Positions 34,257 to 43,688 of a stretch of DNA of 61,200 nt are shown one piece after another. How positions within the stretch are numbered: the stretch's first letter is position 1; the number at the start of each line of letters is the position of its first letter. The stretch is from IMG/VR virus record IMGVR_UViG_3300048574_000463, positions 1 to 61,200 of that record, one strand, 5' to 3'. Made by a program: the position numbers and the translations under genes. The notes under the pieces were generated by a model, which was given only the letters and a program-made list of their open reading frames with translations, made no database searches and was not told the origin of the DNA. Source of the stretch: a virus (Duplodnaviria > Caudoviricetes).

Positions 34257-36487
34257 TGGCTGACGCCAAACAGGATTTCGAGCTTCTGCCGCCGCCGGAC
34301 AAAGCCGACGCTGTCGGCAAGAAGGTCTTCGCCATCCTGGATGAGATCATCAAGGACAAGGCGAACCTCGGTCTGCACGACAAATGGCTGCGCCACTACC
34401 GCTTGAGCCGCAACCAGCCGTGGACAAGCAAGGCCCCGGCTGGTGTGCCGCTCGCGAGCGCCAATTTGCTGCACACGCACCGCCAGCGCACGGTGAACAC
34501 GCTGACGGACAACAGTCCGAACTTCAACGTGAAGCGGATCGGGACGGAAGCAGATGACGAGGTCTACCGGACCATCGAGCGTGCGTCGGAGTATTGGTGG
34601 CAGGAGCAGGAGCAGCAGGCGGTCTTTGAAAAATCGGTTCTCAATGGCGAGACGTACGGCGTCTGCATTGAGAAAGTCGTGTTCGACCCCGACTTGGAAT
34701 TTGGCCTGGGCGAGGTGCGCACGGAAGTCGTGGACCCTTTCTATTTTGGCGTCTACCCGGTGCGGTGCAATGACCTCCAACGGGCTGAGGCTGTAGCGCA
34801 TTTCGAACCGATGAGCTTGCGCGAGGCCCGGCGTCGCTGGCCTGAGCATGCAGCCAGGATACGGGCAGACTACGATATTTTGGGCGAGCTCGGCGACGAC
34901 CGCCGCGACAACATCAACCCCGCGCCGTCCGGGGCCAAAGGTTTTTTGAGCTCGCTTTTGGGGGATGGGTTTGGTGGGGCCTACAATGTCAAGAAAGACG
35001 AGGTGATGGTCTGCGAACTGTGGGTCAAGGACTACACCATGGAGCGGGTCACCGAGTCGGTGGAGACGATGACGACCGATGACTCCGGTAGACCCGTGCA
35101 GTCTTTTGTCCAGGTGGAGACAGAGCGGCCCAAGTATCCTGGCTATATCCGCTGCGTGACGGTCTGCGGCGGGGGGAAGGTGGTCCTGTCCGACCGGGGG
35201 AACCCGTCGACCAACCCGGCCCTGACGATGGAAGAGGCCGCGAAGACGTACCTCTACGACAAATTTCCGTTCGTGATGGTGAACTCCATCACGGACACCT
35301 CGACGCCGTGGGGCATGAGCGATTTTGAACAACTGGAGGTCCTGCAGCGCGAGGTGAACAAGGCTCTGTCGCAGCTTATCTACCACAAGGATAAGGCGGC
35401 GCGCCCGAAGATCGTCAACCCGAAGAACTCGGGGATCCCAAACAGCCACTTTAACAACCGGCTGGGGATACTGAATCCGAACTCGGCGGAGGCCGCGCAG
35501 TTCATCAGGTACATAGATTTCCCGAACAACACCCAGGACATCCAGGGCGTTTTCGAGTTGGTGAAGGGTCTGTTCTTCACTGTGTCCGGGGCGTTCGACA
35601 TGGACGACGCCCGGCAGGCCGACGGCGACTCCCGACTTTCGTATCGGTCTCTCTCCACGATCCTGGAGCGCGCCGCGACGATGATGCGCGGGAAAATCAG
35701 GAATTACTACCGTCTTATCCGAGAGCGCGGGCGCATGTTCGTTTCGCACATGCAGAACTGGTACGCGGAGGAGCGGTGGATCTCGTTCCAGGAAAACGGC
35801 CAGGAGTATTCCGCGCCGGTCACGGGTCAGATGCTGCGCATCCCGGCCAGGTTGACCGTGGTGAACGGTTCGACCCTGCCTGTGTCCAAGGTGGCGCAGC
35901 GCGAAGAGGCCATCGCCCTGTACGAGAAGGGGGCGGTGGATCGTAGGGAGCTCCTGGAGCGGCTGGAATGGCCAAACCGGGTACAGATCAACGAGCGCAT
36001 GGACTTGGGGCCGAACGGGGTGCTGCTCGACCGGGCGAAGAAGGCCGGGTTCCCGGAGTCCGGGATAACGTGGCTCCAGGAGGTCAGCGGCCTGGATGAC
36101 AAGTCCTTCGCGATCAAATTGCACAACAAGGAGATTCCCCCCGTCCCGGTCCAGGGAAGCGAGGAAGATCCGGCGGTGCAGATGGCCGCCGCACAGCGGA
36201 AAAAGACCGAGATGGAGGTCCACAAGATGGCCTCCGAGGTTTCCTTGATCGACGTGCAGGCACGCAAGATCCAGGCCGAGACTGCCCGGGCCATGGCGGA
36301 CCTTGAGGACGCGCCCCGTGAGGCTATGCGCAAGGACGCTGAGGTCATGCGCAAAGAGAAGGAGTTGGAGACTAAGCGCGTGACGACGCTGGCGCAGGTG
36401 AAGCAGGCCCAGGCCGGGATCGAAAACGCCCGGGGGCAGAACGCTCCTGACGTCAAGAAAGAGGAGAGGCCTGATGGTGCTGCATGA
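34256..36487 (+). CDS. Portal protein (P22-like)
   Basis: 743 aa; VVDPF.F..YP, FPFV, WGMS..EQL..LQ.E.NK; C-terminal coiled coil; position before scaffold and capsid. Confidence 0.85.
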   Translation: MADAKQDFELLPPPDKADAVGKKVFAILDEIIKDKANLGLHDKWLRHYRLSRNQPWTSKAPAGVPLASANLLHTHRQRTVNTLTDNSPNFNVKRIGTEADDEVYRTIERASEYWWQEQEQQAVFEKSVLNGETYGVCIEKVVFDPDLEFGLGEVRTEVVDPFYFGVYPVRCNDLQRAEAVAHFEPMSLREARRRWPEHAARIRADYDILGELGDDRRDNINPAPSGAKGFLSSLLGDGFGGAYNVKKDEVMVCELWVKDYTMERVTESVETMTTDDSGRPVQSFVQVETERPKYPGYIRCVTVCGGGKVVLSDRGNPSTNPALTMEEAAKTYLYDKFPFVMVNSITDTSTPWGMSDFEQLEVLQREVNKALSQLIYHKDKAARPKIVNPKNSGIPNSHFNNRLGILNPNSAEAAQFIRYIDFPNNTQDIQGVFELVKGLFFTVSGAFDMDDARQADGDSRLSYRSLSTILERAATMMRGKIRNYYRLIRERGRMFVSHMQNWYAEERWISFQENGQEYSAPVTGQMLRIPARLTVVNGSTLPVSKVAQREEAIALYEKGAVDRRELLERLEWPNRVQINERMDLGPNGVLLDRAKKAGFPESGITWLQEVSGLDDKSFAIKLHNKEIPPVPVQGSEEDPAVQMAAAQRKKTEMEVHKMASEVSLIDVQARKIQAETARAMADLEDAPREAMRKDAEVMRKEKELETKRVTTLAQVKQAQAGIENARGQNAPDVKKEERPDGAA

Positions 36488-36854
36488 TTTTGAGTGCCAC
36501 GGCTGCGGCCATGTTTTTGAAGAGTTCGTCCGGCCAGAAGTGGGCGCTGCATTATGCCCAAAGTGCGGCGGCAAAGCCAGGAAGATCTTCGTCGGCAACA
36601 TGAACAGCCGATCCGACGCCCCCTGGGTCGCCGACTGCAAGATAGGGTTTGACCCTGCGGACTCCCGCCCGGCGGTGAGGGCCTACCTCGCCAACCCCGG
36701 GGATAAGTCTCTCCTGCGCCGCGCCATGAAGGTCGCCGGCATCCGGCACATGGACGCAGGCGAGGAGAAATATAGGCCGCCAACGGCGGGGCTGACTGGA
36801 GCGCAGAAGCGCGAACTGGTCGAGCGGATGCGCACCCGCCGTGGCGAAATTTAA
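36474..36854 (+). CDS. FmdB-like zinc-ribbon protein
   Basis: HDFECHGCGHVFE...CPKCGG. Confidence 0.8.
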   Translation: MVLHDFECHGCGHVFEEFVRPEVGAALCPKCGGKARKIFVGNMNSRSDAPWVADCKIGFDPADSRPAVRAYLANPGDKSLLRRAMKVAGIRHMDAGEEKYRPPTAGLTGAQKRELVERMRTRRGEI

Positions 36855-36872
36855 CACCAAGGACGGAACACC

Positions 36873-37766
36873 ATGCCCGAGATGATCCCGACGCTAAACA
36901 CCCCTGTGGCTTCCACGGAAGCCGCTGCGGTCCCGGCGGACTCGTCCCCCGCCGACGCCACCCAGGCCCAAAGCCCTGGCGCTGATACCGCCACCTCGTC
37001 CGGCGAGACGCAAAACACGCAGGCTGCGGACACCGGGACTTCCCCTGCCAAGGAGCAGGACACGACTTCCGCGCCCGGAGAAGCCGGGGCCGAAGCTGAC
37101 GCCGGAAAACTGGACAGGTTCGACAAACACCCCCGGTTCCAGGAGCTGGTGAAATCGAACCGCGAGATGAGGGCGCGGCTTGCGGAGATCGAAAAGCGGG
37201 CCACCGAGGCCCCCCAGCCCAAGGATGAGCCGAAAGGCCCTTCCATCCAGGACAAGATCAAGGAGATCACCGGGAAGATGGAGACGGGGGAACTGTCGCT
37301 GGATGAAGCGAACATGCAGATGTTCGAGGCCATGCAGCAGGCGACGCTTTCGGCGGCGGAAGCCAGGATCACGGAGAGGACCCGTGAATTTCAGACACAG
37401 GAACGTGCGGAGCAGATGAAACAGGATTTCCTGACCCAGCACCCGGACTTCGAGGATATGCGCGAAGGCCCGGAGGTTCAGGCGATCCTGGAGAAAAACC
37501 CCATGATGGACCCGATCTCGGCGTATTTTGCGGTCAAGGCCGCAAACGCTGAGAAAGAGACGGCTGTAAAGATCAAGGCCGCCGAAGACAGGGTTCGCCG
37601 GGAGATCGCCGCAAAGCCGCACGCGAAAACCCTCACTGCAACCCGGGGCGCTGCGGCCCCCGATCCGGCGGGGATACCCCTTGAACTCAAAGAGCCGGGC
37701 AAGTTCGGAGGCGTGACCGCCGTGCTGGCCCGGAGGCTTGAGGCGAGACGGGCTTCCACCTCGTAA
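36873..37766 (+). CDS. Capsid scaffolding protein
   Basis: Acidic disordered N-terminus, HPRFQEL, coiled coils, HPDF; precedes the capsid gene. Confidence 0.75.
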   Translation: MPEMIPTLNTPVASTEAAAVPADSSPADATQAQSPGADTATSSGETQNTQAADTGTSPAKEQDTTSAPGEAGAEADAGKLDRFDKHPRFQELVKSNREMRARLAEIEKRATEAPQPKDEPKGPSIQDKIKEITGKMETGELSLDEANMQMFEAMQQATLSAAEARITERTREFQTQERAEQMKQDFLTQHPDFEDMREGPEVQAILEKNPMMDPISAYFAVKAANAEKETAVKIKAAEDRVRREIAAKPHAKTLTATRGAAAPDPAGIPLELKEPGKFGGVTAVLARRLEARRASTS

Positions 37767-37778
37767 GGAGACAGGAAT

Positions 37779-38753
37779 ATGTCTTACACCCTGGCTGAAA
37801 TCGAAGAAGTCACCAATGACATCTTCATGCTCGACAACGGCAAGGCCACCGACATCTACTACAACTCCAGCTTCCTGCTTGACCGGATGCTGAAGAAGAA
37901 GTCCGGCCTCTACAAGAAAATCAACGGCGGCGGACGAGTCCGCGTCCCGCTGGAATACGACATCGCCGAAGGCGGGTCGTTCACCCGTACCGACGCCTTG
38001 AGCAACGACGACAAGGAAATGGTGGACGCCGCCTACTTCCTGCTCAAGAACTACTACGGTAACGCGACCATCAACTGGGTCTCTGAGCGCGAGAACACCG
38101 GCTCGACCGCCATGGTTGGTCTGGTCGCCCAGAAGGTCTCCAGCGCCCAGAAGCGCATCTCGAAGGACCTAGGGCAGGACATTTACTCGTCCGCCGGTGA
38201 CAGCGAGGCCATCCTGACCGGCCTGCTGTCCATGTGCAACGCCACCACGACCCGCGAGTACGGCAGCCTGACCGAGGCCGGGCTGGTCGCCACCGACGGC
38301 ACCAAGCCCTGGAAGGGCAACGTGACCACGGCCAGCACCGCCATGTCGCTCAAGGCCATCCAGGAGCTCCGCACCTCGGCCAAGATCAACGACGGCGCCC
38401 AGGGCAAGCCGAACATCGGCGTGACCACCGAGGCGCTGTACAACAGCGTGGCGCGCATCCTCCAGGCCCAGCAGCGTTTCACCCAGGAGTCCGACTCCGT
38501 GAAGGCCGGGTTCACCAACCTCGTCGTCGAGGGGCTGGTCCTGGCCGTGGACGACTACATGCCCTCCGGCCACATGTTCGTGCTCAACGACAACTTCGTC
38601 GGCTTCGCCGAAGACGTGGCTTTCGAGCGGACCCCGTGGGCGGAGTCCACCGCGCCCCTGGGCCGCAGCATGAAGATCCTGTGGCGCGGGAACATCATCT
38701 GCTCGAACCGCAAGGCCCACGCCGTCGCGACCGCGTTCACCGTCCCGTCCTAA
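37779..38753 (+). CDS. Major capsid protein
   Basis: 324 aa, strong codon bias, GG..VRVPLEY, QQRF, GFTNL, GNIICSNR. Confidence 0.85.
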   Translation: MSYTLAEIEEVTNDIFMLDNGKATDIYYNSSFLLDRMLKKKSGLYKKINGGGRVRVPLEYDIAEGGSFTRTDALSNDDKEMVDAAYFLLKNYYGNATINWVSERENTGSTAMVGLVAQKVSSAQKRISKDLGQDIYSSAGDSEAILTGLLSMCNATTTREYGSLTEAGLVATDGTKPWKGNVTTASTAMSLKAIQELRTSAKINDGAQGKPNIGVTTEALYNSVARILQAQQRFTQESDSVKAGFTNLVVEGLVLAVDDYMPSGHMFVLNDNFVGFAEDVAFERTPWAESTAPLGRSMKILWRGNIICSNRKAHAVATAFTVPS

Positions 38754-38808
38754 CCTTGACCGGCCCTGACCCTTGGGGGGTTGGGGCCGCCGCATAGGAG
38801 ATAAAACT

Positions 38809-39540
38809 ATGCCCGCGAAGCCTTTGAAACAGACCTACCTCCAGGGCGTCATGTCCACGTCCGCCACCAAGAAGGACGACCTCGGCACCCTGCGCATCGA
38901 GGCCGACGGCCGCGCCTACCGCTACTGCAAGGCCGGTTCCTCCGACTTGGCCGCCGGGAAGATGGGCGTTTGCGCCGTCGCCGTGGCCAACCACATCAAC
39001 AAGGCCCCCGTGGCCGACGTGGCCGCGGGCGCCAAGTCCCTGTCCATCACCGTGGGCGCGACCGCCGTGACCGCCGGACAGTACGAGGGTGGCTGGCTCC
39101 AGGTGAACGACGGCGTCGGCGAAGGGACCATGATCCCGATCAAGGCTCATACGGCTTGCGCCAGTGCCGGGACAACCGTGATCACCCTGGCGGACCCGCT
39201 TCCGCTGGCCCTGACCAACGCCGGTTCCGAGGTCTCGCTGATCCCGAACCCCTGGAACGGCATCACCGAGACCGATGTCGAAGAGAACGTCCCGGCTGGC
39301 GTGGCCCCCGTGGCCGTGACCGCCAGCTACTACTACTGGGCGCAGGTTGCCGGTCCCGCCTGCGTGCTGGTCTCCGGCACCCCGGCTGTCGGCTCGCTCC
39401 TGACCCTGGCCGCCACCGCTGGCGCCGTGGGCGCGCTCTCCACCACCATCGCCACCACGGTCACCCAGCCGATCATCGGCACCATGCTGGCCACCGCTGG
39501 CGTCACCACCGAGTACAAGCCGGTGCTGCTGAACATCTAG
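38809..39540 (+). CDS. Capsid decoration/cement protein (putative)
   Basis: DGRAYRYCKAG, YYYWAQVAGP; follows the capsid gene with similar codon bias. Confidence 0.6.
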   Translation: MPAKPLKQTYLQGVMSTSATKKDDLGTLRIEADGRAYRYCKAGSSDLAAGKMGVCAVAVANHINKAPVADVAAGAKSLSITVGATAVTAGQYEGGWLQVNDGVGEGTMIPIKAHTACASAGTTVITLADPLPLALTNAGSEVSLIPNPWNGITETDVEENVPAGVAPVAVTASYYYWAQVAGPACVLVSGTPAVGSLLTLAATAGAVGALSTTIATTVTQPIIGTMLATAGVTTEYKPVLLNI

Positions 39541-39555
39541 CCTGACGAAGAAGCC

Positions 39556-39584
39556 AAAGGGGGCGGGACCGCTCGCCCCCTTTT
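39556..39584 (+). terminator. Rho-independent terminator after the head genes
   Basis: AAAGGGGGCG...CGCCCCCTTTT. Confidence 0.7.
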
Positions 39585-39595
39585 AAGGACAGGAC

Positions 39596-40273
39596 ATGTC
39601 AGACGAAATGCCGCTTTTCCAGGTTGACGGGTACAAAAGCCCGCTCACCGACAACGTGACAACGCTTGTCCAGGAGGTGCTGGACACGGTGAACGACCCC
39701 TCCGTCACCCGGGGGCGGGTGCGGACGGCGTTCACGCGGATCCTGTTTGGCCTGTCCGCTCTTTACGATCTCCCCGACCTGGAGACCACGGCGGTTTTGA
39801 CTTTCCCCACGGCCGTCGATGCCGTCCCGCTGCCCGCCGATTTCCAGAAAAAACTTTTCCGGGCGTCCACGTCGAGCATCCCCTTCGTGCGCGTCTGCCC
39901 CAGCATGGATGTCCTGCTCCGGGAGTTTCATGCCGGCGCGCTCCTGTCCGTGGCCGTCGTTGGCGGGCGGCTGATGATGCGCCCGTCACCGTCGAGCGAG
40001 ACCGTTTTGACCATCCACTATTTCCGGCTGCCGGACCCCCTCGAAGGGAACCAGTCGAAGCCGTTCTGCCTGCCGCCGCACCTGGCTGCCCCGCTCCTGG
40101 TGAACGGGGCCTGCCGCGATTTGTTTTCGACCATCGAGCAGGATCTCGGCGTGGAGAAGGTCCAGACCGCGTACTACGCGGGGCGGTTTAACGAGGCGGC
40201 CATGGAGCTGGCTGTGTTCGCCCCGGCTTATGATTCCATGATGATCGAAATAACCGACATGGTGGGCTGGTAA
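39596..40273 (+). CDS. Head-tail adaptor (podovirus type)
   Basis: LPADF, P.P....L.I.YFR.P..L; position. Confidence 0.65.
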   Translation: MSDEMPLFQVDGYKSPLTDNVTTLVQEVLDTVNDPSVTRGRVRTAFTRILFGLSALYDLPDLETTAVLTFPTAVDAVPLPADFQKKLFRASTSSIPFVRVCPSMDVLLREFHAGALLSVAVVGGRLMMRPSPSSETVLTIHYFRLPDPLEGNQSKPFCLPPHLAAPLLVNGACRDLFSTIEQDLGVEKVQTAYYAGRFNEAAMELAVFAPAYDSMMIEITDMVGW

Positions 40274-41199
40274 TGGCCGAGCAAAGGACGTTCCCTTTTC
40301 GGTTCTGCAAGGGACTGAACACCGTCCAGATGCCCAGGTGGCTGGCGTATAACCCAGGTACTGGGGAGTACGAGGCGGCCGAACTGGTGAACGTCGTGGT
40401 GGACGACACGGGCGGCATCCTGCGCCGGGACGGGTACTCTTTGGCCCTGGGTGGCTCCTGGCACAGTTTGTGGGCCGACGGTGATGATGTCCTGGCGGTG
40501 GCGGGCGCTGATCTCGTCCGCGTGCGCACGGACAATTCCACGGAGACCTTGGTCACGGGGCTGACCGCTGGGGCCAGGGTGAGCTTCACCCGCGTTGGTG
40601 GGTGGGTGTTCTGGGCCAACGGGTTTGAGCACGGAGTCCTGGAGAACGGGGCGCCCGGTGCCTGGGGTGGCCGGACGTGGCCCTACGCGGACGATGTCCG
40701 GGAGATGATCAGCCCCCCGGTCGGGCATCTCGTCGAGTATTTTTCCGGCCGGGTGTTCATCGCGGTGGACGATTTCGTCTGCGGCACGGAGCCCGGCGGG
40801 TTCTACCACTTTGTGGACAACGTCTCCGGTTGGTTAATCCCTTTCGGCGGGCGCGTGGGCATGCTGCGCGCCGTCGAGGGCGGGCTTTATGTGGGGACGG
40901 ACAGGGGCATCTGGTTTCTCAAGGCGCTCGATGCCGGGAACTTCAGTTATCAGGAAGTGTCCGGGTCGCCGGTTTGCCCAGGGACGGACGTTCCGGTTGA
41001 CCCGACGCTGACGCCCAGGGTGGGGGGCATGTCCGTCTCCGGGCGGGGCGTGCTCTGGACGGGGCGTGATGGGATCTTTTTTGGTGGGGCTGGCGGCCAG
41101 ATCGCCAATGTAACCAACGGGCGCGTGACGTTCCCGGCCGGAGGCCGGGGAACCGCGTGCATTTACAACGGCCGGTATGTGGCCGTGATGGAGGAATAA
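40273..41199 (+). CDS. Tail nozzle-like beta-propeller protein
   Basis: F.GLN, NV.VDDTG.I.RRDG, beta-rich repeats. Confidence 0.55.
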   Translation: MAEQRTFPFRFCKGLNTVQMPRWLAYNPGTGEYEAAELVNVVVDDTGGILRRDGYSLALGGSWHSLWADGDDVLAVAGADLVRVRTDNSTETLVTGLTAGARVSFTRVGGWVFWANGFEHGVLENGAPGAWGGRTWPYADDVREMISPPVGHLVEYFSGRVFIAVDDFVCGTEPGGFYHFVDNVSGWLIPFGGRVGMLRAVEGGLYVGTDRGIWFLKALDAGNFSYQEVSGSPVCPGTDVPVDPTLTPRVGGMSVSGRGVLWTGRDGIFFGGAGGQIANVTNGRVTFPAGGRGTACIYNGRYVAVMEE

Positions 41200-41202
41200 C
41201 CC

Positions 41203-41661
41203 ATGGCTTTGCGACTTTCCACCGGGCTGCGTGACGGTCTGCTCGGGACCGACGATTTCAAGGGGCTTTTCACCGACGGCGTGATCAGGATCTATTCGGG
41301 GACCCAGCCGACCTCGGCCGACGATGCCGAGTCCGGCACGCTGCTTTGCACTATCACCGTGGGCTCCGGGGCCTTCACCGCCGGGGCGGCCACCAACGGC
41401 CTGGAGTTCGGCACGCCGGGCTCGGGGACCATCGCCAAGTCCACCAGCGAGACGTGGTCTGGCGTGGCCGTGGCCACCGGCACCGCTGGCTGGTTCCGGT
41501 TCTACGCCAACGCCATGACCACGGGGTCGAGCACCACGGCCGTCCGGTTCGACGGGTCCGTGTCTACCTCCGGCGCGCAGTTGAACATGTCCAGCACGGC
41601 CATCACGTCGGGCGCGACCACGACCATCGACAGCTTCTCCGTGACGATTCCGGCGTCCTAA
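41203..41661 (+). CDS. Small Ser/Thr/Gly-rich virion structural protein
   Basis: IRIYSGTQP..AD, GTAGWFR, DGSV; strong codon bias. Confidence 0.7.
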   Translation: MALRLSTGLRDGLLGTDDFKGLFTDGVIRIYSGTQPTSADDAESGTLLCTITVGSGAFTAGAATNGLEFGTPGSGTIAKSTSETWSGVAVATGTAGWFRFYANAMTTGSSTTAVRFDGSVSTSGAQLNMSSTAITSGATTTIDSFSVTIPAS

Positions 41662-41723
41662 CCCCCCATGGCGTGGGGAGGGGGTTCCGCACAGGGCTTC
41701 CTCCCCCGCACATCAGGAGCGGC

Positions 41724-43676
41724 ATGTTTGGCTTTGACGAGGACACCTCCCCCGCGTTTGAATTTCCTCCTGTGGTCAAGATAGTCGGTGACCAGGGGAG
41801 GGGGGAGCTTCTGCGTGGGCGTGCCCTTCGGCTTTTACGCAATTCGCAAAGCCAAAACATCCAGAATCTGCCGGTCTGGCAGACGACGTATTACCAAGAC
41901 CCTTTAACTGGCAGGATGGTGGCCCCCGGCGTTGGCGCGGACGTGTTTATCTGCACAACCATACATGGGCACGGGCAGGTCGTGATAGGGTGCGTGGGGC
42001 TGGCCTCCTCCCCGTCAAGGATGGAGCTCACGGAATCGCGGGAGGACATGTACTCCTTTGACTCCGACTCCAAAAAAGAATTTCTTGTGTTCTACAAGCA
42101 AGACAACATGACGCTGCTGGCGGTGTTCACGATAACAGAAAGCAGCGCGATAAAGAGTCTCACACGGCTTGGGCCTGCGGATACCGCTGAAGTTGTTAGA
42201 AAAGATAACAAGAAGGTCAGCCGGTTTATTGGCATAGACGGGCCTGTTGTTGTGCATCAAAAAGAGCTTTCGCCAAGTGATGGGAAACGGGTTCTGTGTG
42301 GATTCCCGTTCATAGAAAACGCTGGTGTTTTCTCTTACACGGGTTTCGAGTTCAAGTACACCGACCACCTCATAATGCCGTACAAGCTGTTTGACGGCCC
42401 AAACCTGTACCGGGGTTGGATACTGTACGGGGTGTACATAAACAAAACGAGCGAGTTTGAGTATATCTGCGAAGGGCCGCACGCAAATTGCGGCGCGGGG
42501 TTTGCCTACAAAGGCAATGACACTGCGCTGTTCTTCAACATGAGTTCCGTTGCTGTTGAGCCCGGGGGCTGGACTAACAATCTGGTTGTCTACTGGGACA
42601 TGCGGGAGGTGCGCCTGTCTGACCTGTTTGTCGTCAGGGAGACGAACCAGGGGGCTATGCACAGGGTCTACGCGATAGGTAGCTCCGGGGACATGACTGG
42701 ATACGATTACTTCCTTCAGCTAGGGGACTTAACGAGTCGTTTTGAGGAGGGGGTTTATCTTAAAAAAGCCCACGACGGGCTTGCGGTCCAGATAGAGAAC
42801 ACCACGGTTAGGTATGCTATTTTTAGTTATTCGGCGAATGAGCGTTTGTACGAGAATAACGGGATGTACGTCACTGGGGCGGTTGTCCCAATAGTTGAGC
42901 CTACTGTTGGTGGCTGGCACATACCATCGTACTGCGTCGGCATAGACGGCAGACTTTTAAGGGACTTAAGTTCCGAAGAGATCGGGGCTAAACCATACGC
43001 CGGTGGGAAGAATCCTAAACTAGGGGCCTTTTACACACAAAATGCCTTCTCTGGTGTGGTGAGCTACGACAAAGTGGATGGTTGGTACAACTACTCTACT
43101 GACAACAACTCCACTATCTCTTATAAGACCACCCCGTATTTATATGAATCTGGTGGGGAGCTTTGTCTCGGGCATTTTACCAGGGGTAGTACTTATGGGT
43201 CGTCTGGGGGTGATTTTTCTGTGTATTTGGAAGGGGCTGTTGTGGAAAACGGGTACGACACGGTACTACCTGGGTATCATGCGTATGCTGGGGTATTAGC
43301 TAACGCATTCCCAATGACGTTTCCTTTTGGCATGCAGCGCGCTGACGCGTTTTCTATAATAACAAAGACTAATTATCACATATCGATTGAGTATATTCAC
43401 CCGGTTAGCACGTCGATATCAAAAAAATTGCACACCCCTTATGAGACTGTAGACCTCCCCACTCGTGGTCGTCCTGTCGGCTGGATGCAGATACAGACTG
43501 CCGCGAACAAACACGTCTTCCAGGGGGTTCTGATAGTAGACGATGAGACCGGCGAGATTCTTGGCAATCGAATATGGCACAACCGCAAGCGCATTGACCT
43601 CCGGCTTGCGGAACGACTTGGCGTAGAAAACACAGATATTCTTGGGATACTCTACCTCCCAGGATCAACGACATAA
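41724..43676 (+). CDS. Low-GC virion protein, putative receptor-binding
   Basis: AGGAG RBS before ATG at 41724; Tyr/Gly-rich beta body with AT-richer DNA. Confidence 0.6.
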   Translation: MFGFDEDTSPAFEFPPVVKIVGDQGRGELLRGRALRLLRNSQSQNIQNLPVWQTTYYQDPLTGRMVAPGVGADVFICTTIHGHGQVVIGCVGLASSPSRMELTESREDMYSFDSDSKKEFLVFYKQDNMTLLAVFTITESSAIKSLTRLGPADTAEVVRKDNKKVSRFIGIDGPVVVHQKELSPSDGKRVLCGFPFIENAGVFSYTGFEFKYTDHLIMPYKLFDGPNLYRGWILYGVYINKTSEFEYICEGPHANCGAGFAYKGNDTALFFNMSSVAVEPGGWTNNLVVYWDMREVRLSDLFVVRETNQGAMHRVYAIGSSGDMTGYDYFLQLGDLTSRFEEGVYLKKAHDGLAVQIENTTVRYAIFSYSANERLYENNGMYVTGAVVPIVEPTVGGWHIPSYCVGIDGRLLRDLSSEEIGAKPYAGGKNPKLGAFYTQNAFSGVVSYDKVDGWYNYSTDNNSTISYKTTPYLYESGGELCLGHFTRGSTYGSSGGDFSVYLEGAVVENGYDTVLPGYHAYAGVLANAFPMTFPFGMQRADAFSIITKTNYHISIEYIHPVSTSISKKLHTPYETVDLPTRGRPVGWMQIQTAANKHVFQGVLIVDDETGEILGNRIWHNRKRIDLRLAERLGVENTDILGILYLPGSTT

Positions 43677-43688
43677 AGGTTGAGCTAG

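Noticed and set aside
33617-36640. 1007-aa minus-strand ORF
   Set aside because: Antisense shadow of the portal gene in GC-rich DNA; no recognisable motifs
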